The notes under the pieces: generated by a model
Seen by the model: the letters and a program-made list of their open reading frames with translations, nothing else
Databases searched by the model: none
What the model was told of the DNA's origin: nothing
Made by a program: the position numbers and the translations under genes
Part shown: piece after piece, positions 9,893 through 18,235 of the stretch
Position numbering within the stretch: position 1 is the first letter of the stretch
Layout: every line of letters begins with the position of its first letter
Assembly (NCBI GenBank): GCA_013349495.1
Contig: DUZK01000002.1
Span: 1 to 46,730 of the forward strand
From: Deltaproteobacteria bacterium
GTDB taxonomy: Bacteria > Desulfobacterota > Desulfobacteria > Desulfobacterales > SURF-15
Reading direction: 5' to 3'
Length of the DNA stretch: 46,730 nt

Positions 9893-11135
9893 TTGTGAAT
9901 TCTGATATCTGTTGAATATATTTCTTTCTGATTTCCTGGGCTTTATGGCGGGTATAATCCAGACCCTGACATCTTCGTTGCCTTTCCTCATCAGACATCC
10001 CTGAAGAATGATCATGATAGGCCATCAGGACCATCTGATCCGGGATGTGCCGGATTTGATATCGGCTGGCAATTTTAAGCCAAAGGTCGTAATCCTCACC
10101 GAACTGCAGCGAGAGGTCACAGCCCTGCACCGACTCGAACACATCCCTCCGGAACATGAATGAGATGCCGATCAGCCATTGCCTGGACACATCCAGGAGC
10201 AGGTTGGGATTATAGTCCGGCCGGTGCATATTATAGAGAAACCTGCCCTTATTATCGATCAGCGCATTATCGCTGTAAACACCAGCGGCATCCTGGTAAG
10301 TATCCAGATGGCCGGCCAAAACGTCAAGCATATGGGGAAACATCACATTGTCAGACCCCGTCCAGGTAAAATAATCTCCCCTGGCCGCCTCAAAACCTGC
10401 GTTTATAGAACCCGGCAGCCCTTTTTCCCGAGTTATCACTCTGATCCGGTCACCGAATTCCTTGAGGATTTCACCGGAACTGTCTGTAGAGCCGTTGTTG
10501 ACCACAATTATTTCATAAGGATCATAGGTTTGCGCCAGTGCCGCATGAATGGATCTTCTCAGGTAACCTGCCTGGTTGTGACACAAGATCACCACGCTGA
10601 CCATGGTGTTGCTGCGGACGTATTTGGTGGCAGTAAAGTAAACGTTCTTGTTTCCATCAGCTCCGTTCCATATGGAGGTCCCCCGCCATTGAGGCTGACG
10701 GAATCCAAGTCTTACGGTGCAGTCAATGAGTATTTGTTCTTTGTTCGTTTGCTGTCGTTCATATTGATCGATTCTAAAGGTCGGAATATCCGGGATGCTT
10801 GTACCGACCAATCTACCCCCCGGTTTGAGCACCCTGTAACTTTCCTGAATTGCCCATGCCAGATCGGGAAGGGTCTCGAATCCGTCGGGGATGAGGATGC
10901 AGTTGAAAAAATTATTCTCAAAGGGCCATTGATGTCCGGTTGCTTCAGCACCAGTGGTGTCGGTTTCTGCTTTGGACTTTGCGGGGGAGATTCTATGGAG
11001 GACTGCGGACGGAAATATCGTGTCAATATGTGAAAAAGAATCACAACTGCGGATCTCAAGAATTCTTCCTTCCAAAGATCGAAATTCCTTGCCCCATAAT
11101 TCTTTTCGATTTTTCTGATTTGGCGTCAAATCCAT
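9870..11135 (-). CDS. Fusion protein: degenerate methyltransferase-like N-domain + family 2 glycosyltransferase
   Basis: N-terminal ~190 aa carry the post-motif-I region of class I methyltransferases (FNCILIPDGFETL..., YRVLKPGGRLV). Motif I is degenerate (ILEIRSCDS, no glycines). The C-terminal half starts VSVVILCHNQAGYLRRSIHAALAQTYDPYEIIVVNNGSTDSS (GT2). Confidence 0.75.
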   Translation of the reverse strand: MDLTPNQKNRKELWGKEFRSLEGRILEIRSCDSFSHIDTIFPSAVLHRISPAKSKAETDTTGAEATGHQWPFENNFFNCILIPDGFETLPDLAWAIQESYRVLKPGGRLVGTSIPDIPTFRIDQYERQQTNKEQILIDCTVRLGFRQPQWRGTSIWNGADGNKNVYFTATKYVRSNTMVSVVILCHNQAGYLRRSIHAALAQTYDPYEIIVVNNGSTDSSGEILKEFGDRIRVITREKGLPGSINAGFEAARGDYFTWTGSDNVMFPHMLDVLAGHLDTYQDAAGVYSDNALIDNKGRFLYNMHRPDYNPNLLLDVSRQWLIGISFMFRRDVFESVQGCDLSLQFGEDYDLWLKIASRYQIRHIPDQMVLMAYHDHSSGMSDEERQRRCQGLDYTRHKAQEIRKKYIQQISEFTNGQIQPV

Positions 11136-12318
11136 TTCCTTTTTTCAAATGTGTGGGTTGGTTCCCGTGACATCACTTCGATCAGGACATTGGTGATTGT
11201 TTTGGCTGCATTTCCGTTCCCATACGGTCTCGAAGCAAGGCTCATTGCTTCATAGGCGGTTTGATCCTCAAGCAATTTCTCTGTTTCCGAAACGATATTA
11301 TCGGTGTCGGTTCCTATGATTTTAGTATTGCCTGACATAATACCTTCAGGCCGCTCGGTAACATTTCTCAGTATGAGTACTGGTTTTCCCAGGTTGGGGG
11401 CTTCCTCTTGTATACCGCCCGAATCCGTCATGATGAGGTGAGTTCTAGTCAGAAGGTAAACAAATTTTCCGTAATCCAATGGAGGTAGGATTTTGATATT
11501 GGGGCAAGATTTCAAGGTGTTTAGGTGTTTCTTTATGGCTTCCTGCACATTCGGATTATTGTGGGTCACATAAATAAATATAGTATCGGCATATCTCGGG
11601 CGAGTTCATTGATTGCCCGGCAAATGTTTTTTATCCCTTCTGTAAAGTTCTCCCGACGATGGCCGGTAATCAAAACATATCTGGAATGGTCGTCAGTCAA
11701 GTCAAGCTGCCAGGTATCCAGAAAATATCGAGTCAAAATTGAGTGATATGGTGGATTATTTTGTTTCCGAACAATGGCCTGAAAGGCGTCGATCCCGGTA
11801 TTGCCGGTCACCCATATTCTGTTGTCCGGAATACCTTCGCCCATGAGATTAATTTTTGTCTGCTCGGTCGGGGCGAAATGGTAATCCGCCAAAATTGTAA
11901 CCATTCGGCGATAAGCCTCTTCCGGATATGGATGGTAATTGTTATAGGTCCTCAACCCGGCCTCGATGTGGGCGACTGGAACTTGCTGATAATAAGAAGA
12001 AAGGGCGGCGGTATAGGTAGTCAGGGTATCGCCCTGAATTATCACCAGATCCGGCCTTTCTTTACTTAATAAAACCTGAAAATGGCTCATTGCTTTAGCG
12101 GTGGTATCGGAGAGATTTTGGTTCTCAGTCATCAGGTCGAAATTGTAATCCGGTTCAATTTGGAAGAGATCAAGCACCTGATTTAACATTTCCCGATGTT
12201 GTCCGGTTGAACAAACGACAGCTTTGTAGCTTTCCGGGAGCTTCTTCAATTCCAGTACGATCGGGGCTAACTTTATGGCTTCCGGTCTTGTGCCGAATAT
12301 GACGAGCATCTTTTTCAT
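11126..12318 (-). pseudogene. wecB: UDP-N-acetylglucosamine 2-epimerase, non-hydrolysing WecB type, interrupted by a single frameshift
   Basis: Two adjacent ORFs (11566-12363 and 11126-11569) together cover a full WecB. The N part has FGTRPEAIK, HIEAGLRTYN, ITGHRREN; the C part has THNNPNV, TDSGGIQEEAP, RNVTERPE. The C-part frame is open back to 11607 and reads PRYADTIFIYVTHNNPNV. The frames rejoin if one extra C is added to the CCC run (ggg at 11598-11600 on the + strand). Confidence 0.75.
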
Positions 12319-12384
12319 ATACTTAATCGGTGTTGTGATCTTGGAGCCGAATGAAAGTGCCATATCACGGCACTTTCATTCGGG

Positions 12385-13341
12385 CTAAAGAGACCTGTAA
12401 ATTTCAAACAATAAATCAAGCACACAATTCTCGGTCCAATAGTTCTCCATATATATCCTGCTTTCATGGCCGATATGCTTTCTCTGCTCCTCATCCGCTG
12501 TAAGATTTTTAAGACTATATCTGAGTTCATTACGGTTTCTGGCAATGATCCAGGGCAGGTGATTAACACCGGTGAACTCTTTAATGTGCCTGATATTCCA
12601 CTCATCAAGCCCGGCAATTACCGGTTTGCCTTGGCTGAGCGATTCCAATGAAGAGACTCCGTAATAGCCTTGCATGTGATCGAAGATGATGTGACAATTA
12701 TTTTTTTGCCGAAGACATTCCCGGTAGGCGGTATTTTCAATAATATCGAGTGAGACTTTCACCGCCGGGTCTTTTCCCTGAAGTTCGGCTACGGCTCCCT
12801 CAAGATCCTTTGTATTTTTAAGATCTTTTCGGGTGACCGATTGTCCGATCCGCACCGGTTCGGAAGCGGAGGAGGCTTTGGGAAGAAGCATGTGATCGTA
12901 GATCGGAACCAAATTCGGTTGCCACTTTGCCTCAGGCAACAGCCGGAGCAAATCGGGTGTGCTCACCAATACCTTTCGCTTTAATCTTCGATACTTCTCC
13001 TGATATTTTTTCGGATGAGATCTGAAATCCGGATGACCATGGTGGTGGTGGAGTATTGCTTTATTTTTGATGTAGTCTTTTACGCTAATGGTTCCGAGGG
13101 ATAAAGATTCATCCGATAGGATGTGGAAGTGGAAGATATCGGCCGCACGGAGTAACACAGCAATTTCGTCAAATCCGGATCCATTGAGATCCGGTACGTG
13201 GAGGTCTTTCTCAAAATCAAAATTATACCGTGTTGTTTTCGTAATCAGGCGGCAAGAGTGATCAGTATAACGGTTGATGGCATTGGTGAAAGCAATGCCC
13301 ATACCCGCCGGGTCATTTTCGGTGATCATTAGAATGTTCAT
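12385..13341 (-). CDS. Putative GT-B-fold glycosyltransferase (possible nonulosonate transferase)
   Basis: 318-aa ORF directly downstream of the NeuB-like gene. The C-terminal segment IIFDHMQGYYGVSSLESLSQGKPVIAG resembles the nucleotide-sugar binding region of GT1/GT4-type enzymes. Assignment rests on weak motif similarity only. Confidence 0.5.
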   Translation of the reverse strand: MNILMITENDPAGMGIAFTNAINRYTDHSCRLITKTTRYNFDFEKDLHVPDLNGSGFDEIAVLLRAADIFHFHILSDESLSLGTISVKDYIKNKAILHHHHGHPDFRSHPKKYQEKYRRLKRKVLVSTPDLLRLLPEAKWQPNLVPIYDHMLLPKASSASEPVRIGQSVTRKDLKNTKDLEGAVAELQGKDPAVKVSLDIIENTAYRECLRQKNNCHIIFDHMQGYYGVSSLESLSQGKPVIAGLDEWNIRHIKEFTGVNHLPWIIARNRNELRYSLKNLTADEEQRKHIGHESRIYMENYWTENCVLDLLFEIYRSL

Positions 13342-13360
13342 CTGCTCACTTTACCCTTAA

Positions 13361-15241
13361 TCACAGGTCATAGTTTCGGAGTTTTGACAAAGCCTCGACA
13401 AACCCCTTACCCTTATGGAGGTGGCCCCTCCAGATTTCAGGCACCCACGATCCCTCGTAATCGGCAAATAGCGGCATAATTTTTTCAAAATCGATATCCC
13501 CTTCACCGATTTGAACGCCTTCACCATCCAGACCGTAGGCGTCGGCAAAGTGGATGTGATGGATAAAAGGTTTGACCGTTTGGATAAATTCTTCGAGATC
13601 TTTCTCCTTTGCGTTACAGAACAGGGCGGCATGGGAAAGATCCAGACAGATACCCGTTCCGGTTTCCTCCCAAAAGGATTTTATCTCGTCAGGGGCCATG
13701 AAATAGTTGCCCTTCCACTGCCCCCCGAAATACCAGGGGTAGGGGGGGAGGTTTTCCAAAATGAGTTCGGTTTGTTTCTGATCGATATCTTGAAGGGAAC
13801 GCATCAGGGCTTTTAACAAAAGGGTTTTATTCAATTTTGAATTCAAGCTCATGGCTCCCGGGTGGATAATTACCTTGGGTTGCCCATGAAAGTGGCGGGC
13901 GAGAATCATTGTGAGATCGATACTCTTTTGCACCAAGTCTATGGAAGCCTTTCTGATTTCCTCACTTCCGCTGCAGATATCCATGAGTCGATCACCGATA
14001 TATTCGGGGGCATGGACGATTAATTCCTGCAGGTTTTGGCCGTTCTGTTCGAACTTGAGTTGAAGATCTCTTTCAGTCAAATGAAATTCGATCACTTTGG
14101 GATTATACAAAAGCATTTCTTGCAGATCAGTGAACCGGGAGATGAGCCCCCACCGGCTGCGAAAGGAGTTGGAGAAATCCGATATTTTTTTCCCAGTCAG
14201 ATCCTCTTCGAGGAAATATTCCCCCTTTTGGATATCTCGGTAGAGCCGCTTTCCGATAAGTTCGTCCCTTCTGCTCGGGGACAGGCCTTTACCCGGCCCT
14301 TGAACCCTTAATAAATCACCATTGATGATGGTTCCCGCTTTAATATCATCGGCGGCGATCAGGCTTTTACCAAACAATTCTCGATTAAGAATTTCTCCTC
14401 TCAGAAGAAATCTATTCGCCTTACCCATGGCCTGGTCAGCCACCCGAATGTCTCGAACCATTCGCTTCAATTCAAAGGATTCCAAACTTATTTTGTGATC
14501 CGGCCCCCGCATTTTTTTGTCCAGGGTGATATGCTTTTCGATGATGCTGGCACCCATGGAAGCCGCCACCAGTGGAATCGTGATACCGATATCATGGCCC
14601 GAGTAACCCACCGGGCAACCGAATCTGCAAAGACGGTTGATCATTTTTAAATTCACTTCCCGGGGGTAGACCGGATAGGCGCTTCGACAGTGGAGCAGCG
14701 CAAAGGAAGCATCTAAGTTTTTTAATAAATGAACGGCTTTTTCTATTTCATCCCAATAAGACATGCCGGTGGATACCAGCATGGGTTTGTTTTGATGCGC
14801 AACATGCTGCAGCAGCTCCAAATTGGTCAAATCTGCGGATGCGATTTTAAATGCATTGATATTCAATTGGGTTAAGAAATCAGCGCTGCGTACATCAAAA
14901 GGCGTACAGAGAAATTCTAGACCCTTATCCTCTGTATAAGATTTCAAATCGAAGTAGTCCGCTTCAGACAATTCCATCTCTTTTAAAATCGGGATCATGT
15001 ATTGAAAGTTCTGCTCATATTTGAGGGTATTTGTCAGGATGTCTTCTTTGTAAAGACTTGGGAGATGGCGCTTTTGAAATTTTACCGCATCCACCTTAGC
15101 CTCCGCCGCAACGTCGATCAGCTGTCTGGCAAGATCCGGATTTCCATTATGGTTGATCCCGATTTCAGCAATGATATAGGTCGGGTGCTCTTTACCGATC
15201 TTTCGATTTCCGATTTGTATGGTTGGAGATGGATTCATCAT
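13361..15241 (-). CDS. Nonulosonate (sialic-acid-like) synthase NeuB + SAF domain fused to a xylose-isomerase-like TIM-barrel domain
   Basis: The N-terminus has IIAEIGINHNGNPDLARQLIDVAAEAKVDAVKFQKR and GYSGHD (NeuB/LegI/PseI family). A SAF-like segment follows (GKSLIAADDIKAGTIINGDLLRVQGPGKG). The C-terminal ~270 aa carry VIIHPG, ILENLP, HHIHFADA, GEGDIDF, typical of the sugar-phosphate isomerase/epimerase (AP endonuclease 2) TIM-barrel fold. Confidence 0.85.
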   Translation of the reverse strand: MMNPSPTIQIGNRKIGKEHPTYIIAEIGINHNGNPDLARQLIDVAAEAKVDAVKFQKRHLPSLYKEDILTNTLKYEQNFQYMIPILKEMELSEADYFDLKSYTEDKGLEFLCTPFDVRSADFLTQLNINAFKIASADLTNLELLQHVAHQNKPMLVSTGMSYWDEIEKAVHLLKNLDASFALLHCRSAYPVYPREVNLKMINRLCRFGCPVGYSGHDIGITIPLVAASMGASIIEKHITLDKKMRGPDHKISLESFELKRMVRDIRVADQAMGKANRFLLRGEILNRELFGKSLIAADDIKAGTIINGDLLRVQGPGKGLSPSRRDELIGKRLYRDIQKGEYFLEEDLTGKKISDFSNSFRSRWGLISRFTDLQEMLLYNPKVIEFHLTERDLQLKFEQNGQNLQELIVHAPEYIGDRLMDICSGSEEIRKASIDLVQKSIDLTMILARHFHGQPKVIIHPGAMSLNSKLNKTLLLKALMRSLQDIDQKQTELILENLPPYPWYFGGQWKGNYFMAPDEIKSFWEETGTGICLDLSHAALFCNAKEKDLEEFIQTVKPFIHHIHFADAYGLDGEGVQIGEGDIDFEKIMPLFADYEGSWVPEIWRGHLHKGKGFVEALSKLRNYDL

Positions 15242-15246
15242 TGCGT

Positions 15247-15909
15247 TTAAGTGAGTTCCGATAGTTTTTTCACTTTCGTTTTTTTACTGATATATTGTCT
15301 TATGGATTTTTCGATTTCTCTCTGCCGGGCAAATGATGTGATCACCACCGCATCCGGTTGGATTCGTTTGAGTTCTTCAGGGGGTTGAATCAAAAGACCA
15401 TTGAAAGGTTTACCTTGTTTTTGGGGATCGCTGTCCACCACACCGATCATCACCAGTTGAGTTTTTTTAATGGCTGCATGAGCCACCTCGGCCGTTTCCG
15501 CAGCACCGAAGAGGGCGATGGTTCGAATCCCCTCTTCATAATAGCCTCCCAGGATCTTTGCGATTTCCTGCTTGACGGATCCGAAGAGCTGCACGATCTC
15601 CGTGGAATAGGAAAGGAGTGATTCACGCAGAGCCTGATGCCCTTCTCGGGTAAGATGATAGCGTTGTGTCCGATTGGTATTTCCACTTACCGTGATCAGA
15701 CCTTCTCCCTTGAACTGCTTAATGTAGTTGTTCACCATGGAGCTGGACAGATGCGCGTTCTTTCCGATGGTATGCTGGCTGGTATCCGGAGTATCGTGGA
15801 TGGAAAGGAGCACCGAAAACCGCCTGAACTCCTTTGTCGGTGATAAATAGTGAGTACCGAATGGTTTAATCATTTTTCTCAAATCTTTCCGCTGGTGGGA
15901 ACTGTTCAT
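15247..15909 (-). CDS. Winged-helix transcriptional regulator fused to a Rossmann-like (CoA/NAD-binding-like) domain
   Basis: wHTH segment SQHTIGKNAHLSSSMVNNYIKQFKGEGLITVSGNTNRTQRYHLTREG. C-terminal IALFGAAETAEVAHAAI..MIGVVDSDPQKQGKPFNGLLIQP..PDAVVITS resembles the nucleotide-binding modules at the N-termini of NeuD/WbaP-type proteins and Rex. First gene of the operon, 5 nt upstream of the NeuB fusion. Confidence 0.6.
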   Translation of the reverse strand: MNSSHQRKDLRKMIKPFGTHYLSPTKEFRRFSVLLSIHDTPDTSQHTIGKNAHLSSSMVNNYIKQFKGEGLITVSGNTNRTQRYHLTREGHQALRESLLSYSTEIVQLFGSVKQEIAKILGGYYEEGIRTIALFGAAETAEVAHAAIKKTQLVMIGVVDSDPQKQGKPFNGLLIQPPEELKRIQPDAVVITSFARQREIEKSIRQYISKKTKVKKLSELT

Positions 15910-16293
15910 TCGTTGACTGGATGATAAACAAAGAACAAACTGAAACCACTGAAGGTTTTTTGACGCACTTTGAAAATGACTGGAAAATAAAGATTTTTTT
16001 GGTCATTTTTACTTTGCCGGATACGGCTCCGCCTGGTGGGTTACATCCTGTGAAATGGATTTAACTTGCTGAATATGTTGAAAATTTAGCTTTTTTATCT
16101 CAACGGCGAGTTTCTTGTCCTCACCATTCTCTCATCGGACAGTTATCGGTATATCTTTAGGAAACCGAATGAAATTAAACTTTGAGCAAGATTTATGCCG
16201 AAATTCGCGAATGCATATTATTTGTATATATTACAGGAAGTTATATAGAGAACCTGGTGGGGAGACCGATTTCTGGGCGGAAAAAACAACTAG

Positions 16294-16326
16294 GAAATAT
16301 TTACCATTCATTGAATGGTCGGTTGG
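16294..16326. repeat. Copy 1 of a 33-bp exact direct repeat containing the 17-bp palindrome ACCATTCATTGAATGGT (16303-16319)
   Basis: gaaatatttaccattcattgaatggtcggttgg is identical to 21054-21086. It lies in the 750-bp divergent region between the regulator gene and the plus-strand B12 radical SAM gene. Confidence 0.9.
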
Positions 16327-16660
16327 GCGGCGCGGCCGGTTGAGCCGGGGGAATCATTGATAGACAGGCGATAATTGATCCGATATATGCCGTCATCCCT
16401 TCCTGAGCAAATTGTCAAAAGAATGACGATAACGGTTTGGATAGACATGAAAGATTCCATGAAAAGTCCACGTAACCGAAAAGAGAAGGCTTTTATTCTA
16501 TGGGGGAACCGGCGGTGTGTCGGCAGGGGAGCACCGGTTCATTTATCGATGGCATGATATTGGCGTGATTTTGATTGGATGATTGAAAGCTCGTTGATTA
16601 CAGATGAAATCGAGTTATACGATTTTATTTGAAAGGACATGCGCTCCGGCCAATTGATTG

Positions 16661-18145
16661 ATGAAAGTATCCATTGCCTATCCACCCATGGATGATCATA
16701 AAGGGATTCCGCTCCTTTCCCAAAACCGTCAGTTTCAGTGGTTTCACAACCCCACCTATATCTACCCCGTGGTGCCGGCTTATGCAGCGACGCTGTTAAA
16801 GGAAGACGGATTCGAAGTTACCTGGAACGATGGTATCGCTTCGGAGCAGACGTTTGAGGGCTGGTTTGAGGAAATCAAGCGTCAGCATCCGGATCTCTTG
16901 GTCTTTGAAGTGAAAACGCCGGTCATAAAAAGATTCTGGAAGATCATCGACCGGATCAAAGAAGAATTGTCCGACATCAGGATTGTGTTAATGGGGGATC
17001 ATGTCACAGCCCTTCCGGAAGAATCATTACGCAATTCAAAGGCGGACTATATTTTAATGGGAGGAGATTATGATTTCCTGCTATTAGATCTCTGCTCTGC
17101 GATTCGAAGCAAGACATCGCTTCAGGAATTAGGCTCGGGTTTCTGCTTTAGAACTAACGGGTGCATTATTTCAACGGGGCTGTATCAAACAGGACGAAGC
17201 CTGGATATACTTCCCTATATTGATCGGGAACTGACCCAATACAAACGATATGCAACTCAAAACGGGAACTTCAAATACACTCCAGGCACCTATCAGATGG
17301 CAGGAAGAGACTGCTGGTGGGGGGCCTGTGCTTTCTGCTCGTGGACTACCTTATATCCGGGTAAGACCTATCGAACAGTATCCCCTCAGCGGCATCTGGA
17401 TGAAATCGAGATGCTTGTGGATCAGTATCGGATCAAGGAGATCTTCGACGATGCCGGATGCTTCCCCCGGGGGGACTGGTTGAAAGAATACTGTCGAGGG
17501 TTTTTGGATCGGGGGATCCACAAAAAAGTAACCATGGGATGCAATATGCGAATCGGAGGATTGACCGAGGCGGAATGGCGGTTGCTCGGCAAGTGCAATT
17601 TCCGGTTGGTTTTGATCGGATTGGAATCGGTCAACAACGATACCCTGAAACGATTGAATAAGAACATCCGGGTGGATCAGATTGAAAAGACCTTTCGTAT
17701 GGCCAAAAAGGCCGGGTTGGAACCCCATGTCACCACCATGGTGGGGTATCCGTGGGAAACACGACAAGATGCCATTGAAACTCTCGAATTCACCGGCGAT
17801 CTGTTCAGAAATGGGTTTGTAGACTCTCTTCAGGCGACCATCGTGGTGCCTTATCCGGGGACACCACTGTTTAAGATGGCTCAGGAAAATGGGTGGCTTA
17901 TAACGGAAGACTGGGAGCAGTACGATATGCGAAACAGTGTTTGGAAGTCTCCTATCTCCCAGAAGGAAGTTCTCAGACAGGCACAAAATCTCTACAAGCT
18001 CGCGTTATCACCTGAATTTCTTCTCCGGAAAACCCTTTCCATTCGCTCCTTTGAAGATCTTCGATATTTCGTCCGATCCGGTGTTAAATTTTTAGGGCAC
18101 CTGTTCGATTTTAACGAGAATATAGAGGATCGCGAGTCGCCATAA
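16661..18145 (+). CDS. Cobalamin-binding (class B) radical SAM enzyme with atypical cluster motif spacing
   Basis: N-terminal B12-binding-like domain (VSIAYPP, VLMGDHVTA, ILMGGDYD). Cluster region GRDCWWGACAFCSW is C-x4-C-x2-C; DNA checked (gac tgc tgg tgg ggg gcc tgt gct ttc tgc). ATG at 16661 is preferred over TTG at 16658. Confidence 0.8.
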   Translation: MKVSIAYPPMDDHKGIPLLSQNRQFQWFHNPTYIYPVVPAYAATLLKEDGFEVTWNDGIASEQTFEGWFEEIKRQHPDLLVFEVKTPVIKRFWKIIDRIKEELSDIRIVLMGDHVTALPEESLRNSKADYILMGGDYDFLLLDLCSAIRSKTSLQELGSGFCFRTNGCIISTGLYQTGRSLDILPYIDRELTQYKRYATQNGNFKYTPGTYQMAGRDCWWGACAFCSWTTLYPGKTYRTVSPQRHLDEIEMLVDQYRIKEIFDDAGCFPRGDWLKEYCRGFLDRGIHKKVTMGCNMRIGGLTEAEWRLLGKCNFRLVLIGLESVNNDTLKRLNKNIRVDQIEKTFRMAKKAGLEPHVTTMVGYPWETRQDAIETLEFTGDLFRNGFVDSLQATIVVPYPGTPLFKMAQENGWLITEDWEQYDMRNSVWKSPISQKEVLRQAQNLYKLALSPEFLLRKTLSIRSFEDLRYFVRSGVKFLGHLFDFNENIEDRESP

Positions 18146-18235
18146 AGTGAGGCGGGCCGGTCCTTCTACCCCACTATTCAGACCAATCAATGAATTGAAA
18201 CCCTTTGATTCCATCAAATTCTTTTATATTTGGAG

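Noticed and set aside
10179-11033. Long antisense ORFs opposite well-supported genes: 10179-11033, 1489-2049, 17351-17986, 38285-38827, 39019-39543, 42797-43252, 44576-45064 and 26294-26764.
   Set aside because: Each lies entirely within and opposite a gene with strong family motifs. Their translations are low-complexity or Arg/Ser/Pro-rich with no recognisable motifs. These are typical shadow ORFs.
11590-11610. Programmed ribosomal frameshift joining the two wecB halves.
   Set aside because: The junction (CTC GCC CGA) is not a slippery heptamer, and no downstream pseudoknot or hairpin is evident. A 1-nt indel in a C-run is the simpler explanation.
16115-16557. 81-aa and 60-aa ORFs in the divergent intergenic region upstream of the B12 radical SAM gene.
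   Set aside because: There is no Shine-Dalgarno and no motifs. The first merely reads through repeat copy 1, and its sequence diverges from the copy-2 frame right after the core. This argues against a conserved protein.
16380-16660. Possible cobalamin riboswitch upstream of the plus-strand B12-dependent radical SAM gene.
   Set aside because: Only a loose resemblance was found (GGGGAACCGGCGGTG inside a GAACCGG/CCGGTTC hairpin). No B12 box (GCCACTG) or AATCC core element occurs on either strand. It would need cmsearch with RF00174 to exclude fully.
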